From the NCBI GenBank assembly GCA_043802485.1, contig JAZDKZ010000006.1, positions 199,497-263,496 of the forward strand: a stretch of DNA of 64,000 nucleotides, given 5' to 3'. Shown in pieces: positions 61,450-64,000 of the stretch. Position numbers and translations under genes: made by a program. The notes under the pieces are model-generated. The model was not told the DNA's origin. It was given only the letters and a program-made list of their open reading frames with translations, and ran no database searches. Every line of letters starts with the position of its first letter. Within the stretch, counting starts at the first letter, position 1. This DNA comes from Candidatus Aenigmatarchaeota archaeon. GTDB taxonomy: Archaea; Aenigmatarchaeota; Aenigmatarchaeia; Aenigmatarchaeales; Aenigmatarchaeaceae.

Positions 61450-64000
61450 CACCAAAACCGGACAGAGCCAACTCCTGATTCCGCTAATCGTGATCATAAC
61501 GTCGGCCATAGTCTTTGCCACCAATGTTACTATGAACATGACCAACAGTCCTACGGGTTATGCAATAGGAATTCCTGACCAGACATTCTCCTTCCCGATA
61601 GAAGTGTGGGCCAACACCTCGATTGGTTTTGAAGTGAAAGGCGACTCGATCAAAGCGACTCTGCTATTGGATAATGGCAGCGTTATTTCAGATGGGAAAC
61701 TCAATTTCTATCTGAACGAGACGCCTTTGTATTCTGATTATACTGACAAGCATGGTAGGATTGATTTCCCGTTGCCGTTCAACGGAACCATCCGCGCAAC
61801 TTATGCTGGCGGGGAGTACACGAATCCATCTGAAAATAATCTCGATTTGAGATTAGATTCATCTGAAATCGAGACACTTTCAGATGAAAGTATCAAAAAT
61901 GAAAAAAGAGGATCTAACTGGATAGATTCATGCCAAGGTGATACCTGCTCAAGAAAAATATATGCAACTGATATAAATATCAAGAACGAGGAAGGTGAAT
62001 ACAGACCTTTCACAGAAGTCGTAAAAATGTCATGGAACGACGAATTACTGTCTTTCAATCTGTCTTGGTACGAGGGTTCTATCGAAATAAAGCCCTTCTT
62101 TGTCTATGACAATAAACACTACAATGTACAGCAGATAATGGAAATGCAGCCTGACATCAATATATCAGGCGAGCTTTTTGAAAGGGAATATAACTGGGAA
62201 TACGGCCTAAACATATTGAACATATCACCCAAGATATCAGACAAGCTTGACAATGTAGGCTTTTACATAGCAGAAACAAGGGGAATCTCTATAGACGATA
62301 TAGATAACTACAAGGACAAGCAGAAAATAAAGGACAAAATAAAGATTGGTTATCAAGACCTGATAGACAAGAACTATAGCTACGAGATTGTCAACAAGAC
62401 CCATGTCCTTATAGGAAAGGTAAAGAACAAAAGCGAGCTTCTCCTTGACCCGGTCGTGGAAGTGGACGGCAGCACCGAGGACGTCGCAGACATATGGGCC
62501 GGAGACGCTGTGGCAAACCATGACGACCATGTGCAGATAAAATGGAGCATAGACTCGTTGTATTCGGTCGCAGCATCATTGGTCAATGTCACTCAATGCT
62601 TCTACATAGGAACTGTAAACGGCGCGGGTGTTGACAGTGATGTGAGATTCTGGAGAATAAACGACCAAACATGGACAGAGGCGAGCATAACCACAACAAT
62701 ATATAACGGCCAGTCTGCGCTGAACCAAACTGAAGGCACTTGGAACTCTACCTCAATAAGCACTTGGACATGTACCAATGTCACTAACGCTGTAATCAAT
62801 GATTTCAACGCAGCAAACACCTATTCAACTATAAGGTTCGAAGACGTAGACAACGCTTGGGACGGCGGAATGTCGTCAGTCACCACAAGCAGCACTGGAC
62901 TGGCATTTGGTGACTCTAACAATAACGTGCTTTTCGTGGCCAAGGAATTCGGCTCATATTATCCCTTCCTTATAGTGTTCTTCAACCCCAAAGAGCCGAT
63001 CTTTTCAGAAGGTTCTGTCAACGGCACAGCCTTCGTGAACAAGGCAGTCAATCATACAATCAACATAGCTTATCCTGACGGTTACATCTTCTCATGGAAC
63101 GGAACATCCGACTGTTCAGGTGGCTGGAGCAACTCATCCTGGGTAGATGCTTCAGAGGATTCCACAACTGCATGGAATGTATCCATACCTTCCTCAGGCT
63201 GCGCTGGGAAGGCTGTCGCCTGGAAGTTCTATGCCAACAACAGCGGAGGCTGGAACAATTCAAGCACCTATACATATGACGTCTACAAGTACGGAACATT
63301 GGAGCTTAGTTGGACCGACGGCTCTCAGATAAATGATACTTGTTCATCAGGCAGTCTGTGTGAATTCAGCCAATATGATATATTCAAAACGAATGCCACT
63401 GTTACTTGCAGCGGCGGGGCAGGAGCATTGTGCGGCTCTGTTTCAGTCGATATAAGGTACAATTCTTCCAGTGCATTCCCAGATGATGTCATTAATACGA
63501 CAGCAGGGGCAACACCCTTCCATAACGACGAGCAAATGGACATAGAGAGGCTCTCGAACGGCACCAATTACATTGTCAACGGTGGACTCGAGTGGGGCAA
63601 CACAAGCGGATGGTATATTGTTACAGGGCTTGTGACACCGACCATAAATTCCAATGCAAAGTACGACGGCAGCTATGGTATTGGCTACAATTCCACAACA
63701 GCAACCACAACCTCCACTGCAAGCATATTATACTGGAGCATAATACAAAACTCGAGCTCAGGCTTTAACCCGGTAAACGTCACGGAAGATCTGTATTTTA
63801 CCATGTTTATTGGGGACCATATGTTTTTTGGCACCGCCGAGAACTATGTAGGCCTATATAGTGTAACTAATGTCATAATGGGCTTCGGCGATGGCACAGT
63901 AAAAACTGTATACACAACTAGAGGAAGTTGGTATCCTGGTTATGGCTGGCTTGGCGGCAATCCGTTGGGTTCTTGGAGAAGAATAACATCAAAGATAAGC
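61439..64000 (+). CDS. Large surface (S-layer-like/adhesin-like) glycoprotein candidate; 3' end lies outside the window
   Basis: I read this frame codon by codon from the ATG at 61439 to nt 64000 (854 codons) and found no stop. It is absent from the ORF track, presumably because no stop is reached. It has an N-terminal helix (LLIPLIVIITSAIVFA) and more than 30 N-x-S/T sequons by manual count. Confidence 0.8.
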   Translation, partial: MKSSTKTGQSQLLIPLIVIITSAIVFATNVTMNMTNSPTGYAIGIPDQTFSFPIEVWANTSIGFEVKGDSIKATLLLDNGSVISDGKLNFYLNETPLYSDYTDKHGRIDFPLPFNGTIRATYAGGEYTNPSENNLDLRLDSSEIETLSDESIKNEKRGSNWIDSCQGDTCSRKIYATDINIKNEEGEYRPFTEVVKMSWNDELLSFNLSWYEGSIEIKPFFVYDNKHYNVQQIMEMQPDINISGELFEREYNWEYGLNILNISPKISDKLDNVGFYIAETRGISIDDIDNYKDKQKIKDKIKIGYQDLIDKNYSYEIVNKTHVLIGKVKNKSELLLDPVVEVDGSTEDVADIWAGDAVANHDDHVQIKWSIDSLYSVAASLVNVTQCFYIGTVNGAGVDSDVRFWRINDQTWTEASITTTIYNGQSALNQTEGTWNSTSISTWTCTNVTNAVINDFNAANTYSTIRFEDVDNAWDGGMSSVTTSSTGLAFGDSNNNVLFVAKEFGSYYPFLIVFFNPKEPIFSEGSVNGTAFVNKAVNHTINIAYPDGYIFSWNGTSDCSGGWSNSSWVDASEDSTTAWNVSIPSSGCAGKAVAWKFYANNSGGWNNSSTYTYDVYKYGTLELSWTDGSQINDTCSSGSLCEFSQYDIFKTNATVTCSGGAGALCGSVSVDIRYNSSSAFPDDVINTTAGATPFHNDEQMDIERLSNGTNYIVNGGLEWGNTSGWYIVTGLVTPTINSNAKYDGSYGIGYNSTTATTTSTASILYWSIIQNSSSGFNPVNVTEDLYFTMFIGDHMFFGTAENYVGLYSVTNVIMGFGDGTVKTVYTTRGSWYPGYGWLGGNPLGSWRRITSKIS

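Overview
The window is a gene-dense archaeal fragment. The evidence is an archaeal-type 16S rRNA, BHB-type tRNA introns, and genes for a histone, Alba, TFS, RpoL, Hjc, G1P dehydrogenase with GGGP synthase, and Dph2. It looks like a small-genome DPANN/Nanoarchaeota-like lineage because it has an unlinked 16S, divergent 'universal' primer sites, a split Hef and multi-intron tRNAs; that placement is inference only. Translation starts commonly sit 9-10 nt after GGTGA, which is complementary to the 16S 3' end. Three blocks stand out. (1) Nt 1-20246 is a roughly 20 kb co-oriented, translationally coupled surface-appendage island. It holds a T2SS-F/FlaJ-like platform gene, about ten proteins with very short MKG-type pilin-like N-termini, five paralogous giant Cys-rich secreted proteins, a 1006-aa orphan protein and small knot-like Cys peptides. 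This is my best candidate for an undescribed system, possibly a pilus with giant adhesins for cell-cell attachment. (2) Nt 20.3-36.1 kb is tRNA-rich: 9 tRNAs, the 16S, a gatCAB-asnS cluster, duplicated micro-ORF cassettes and a decayed integrated element. One tRNA-Ala carries a 456-nt BHB intron encoding an HNH-like ORF, one tRNA-Leu has two introns, and two divergent tRNA-Asn genes sit side by side. (3) Nt 36-64 kb is housekeeping and repair: ftsZ, DNA ligase, Hjc, split Hef helicase and XPF nuclease, a HerA-like ATPase with a P-loop intein, and a HEPN/MNT pair. It ends in a long ORF (over 850 codons, running off the window) for a sequon-rich surface protein that is missing from the ORF track. 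I saw no CRISPR array or IS element. All family calls come from motifs read by eye; no searches were run.
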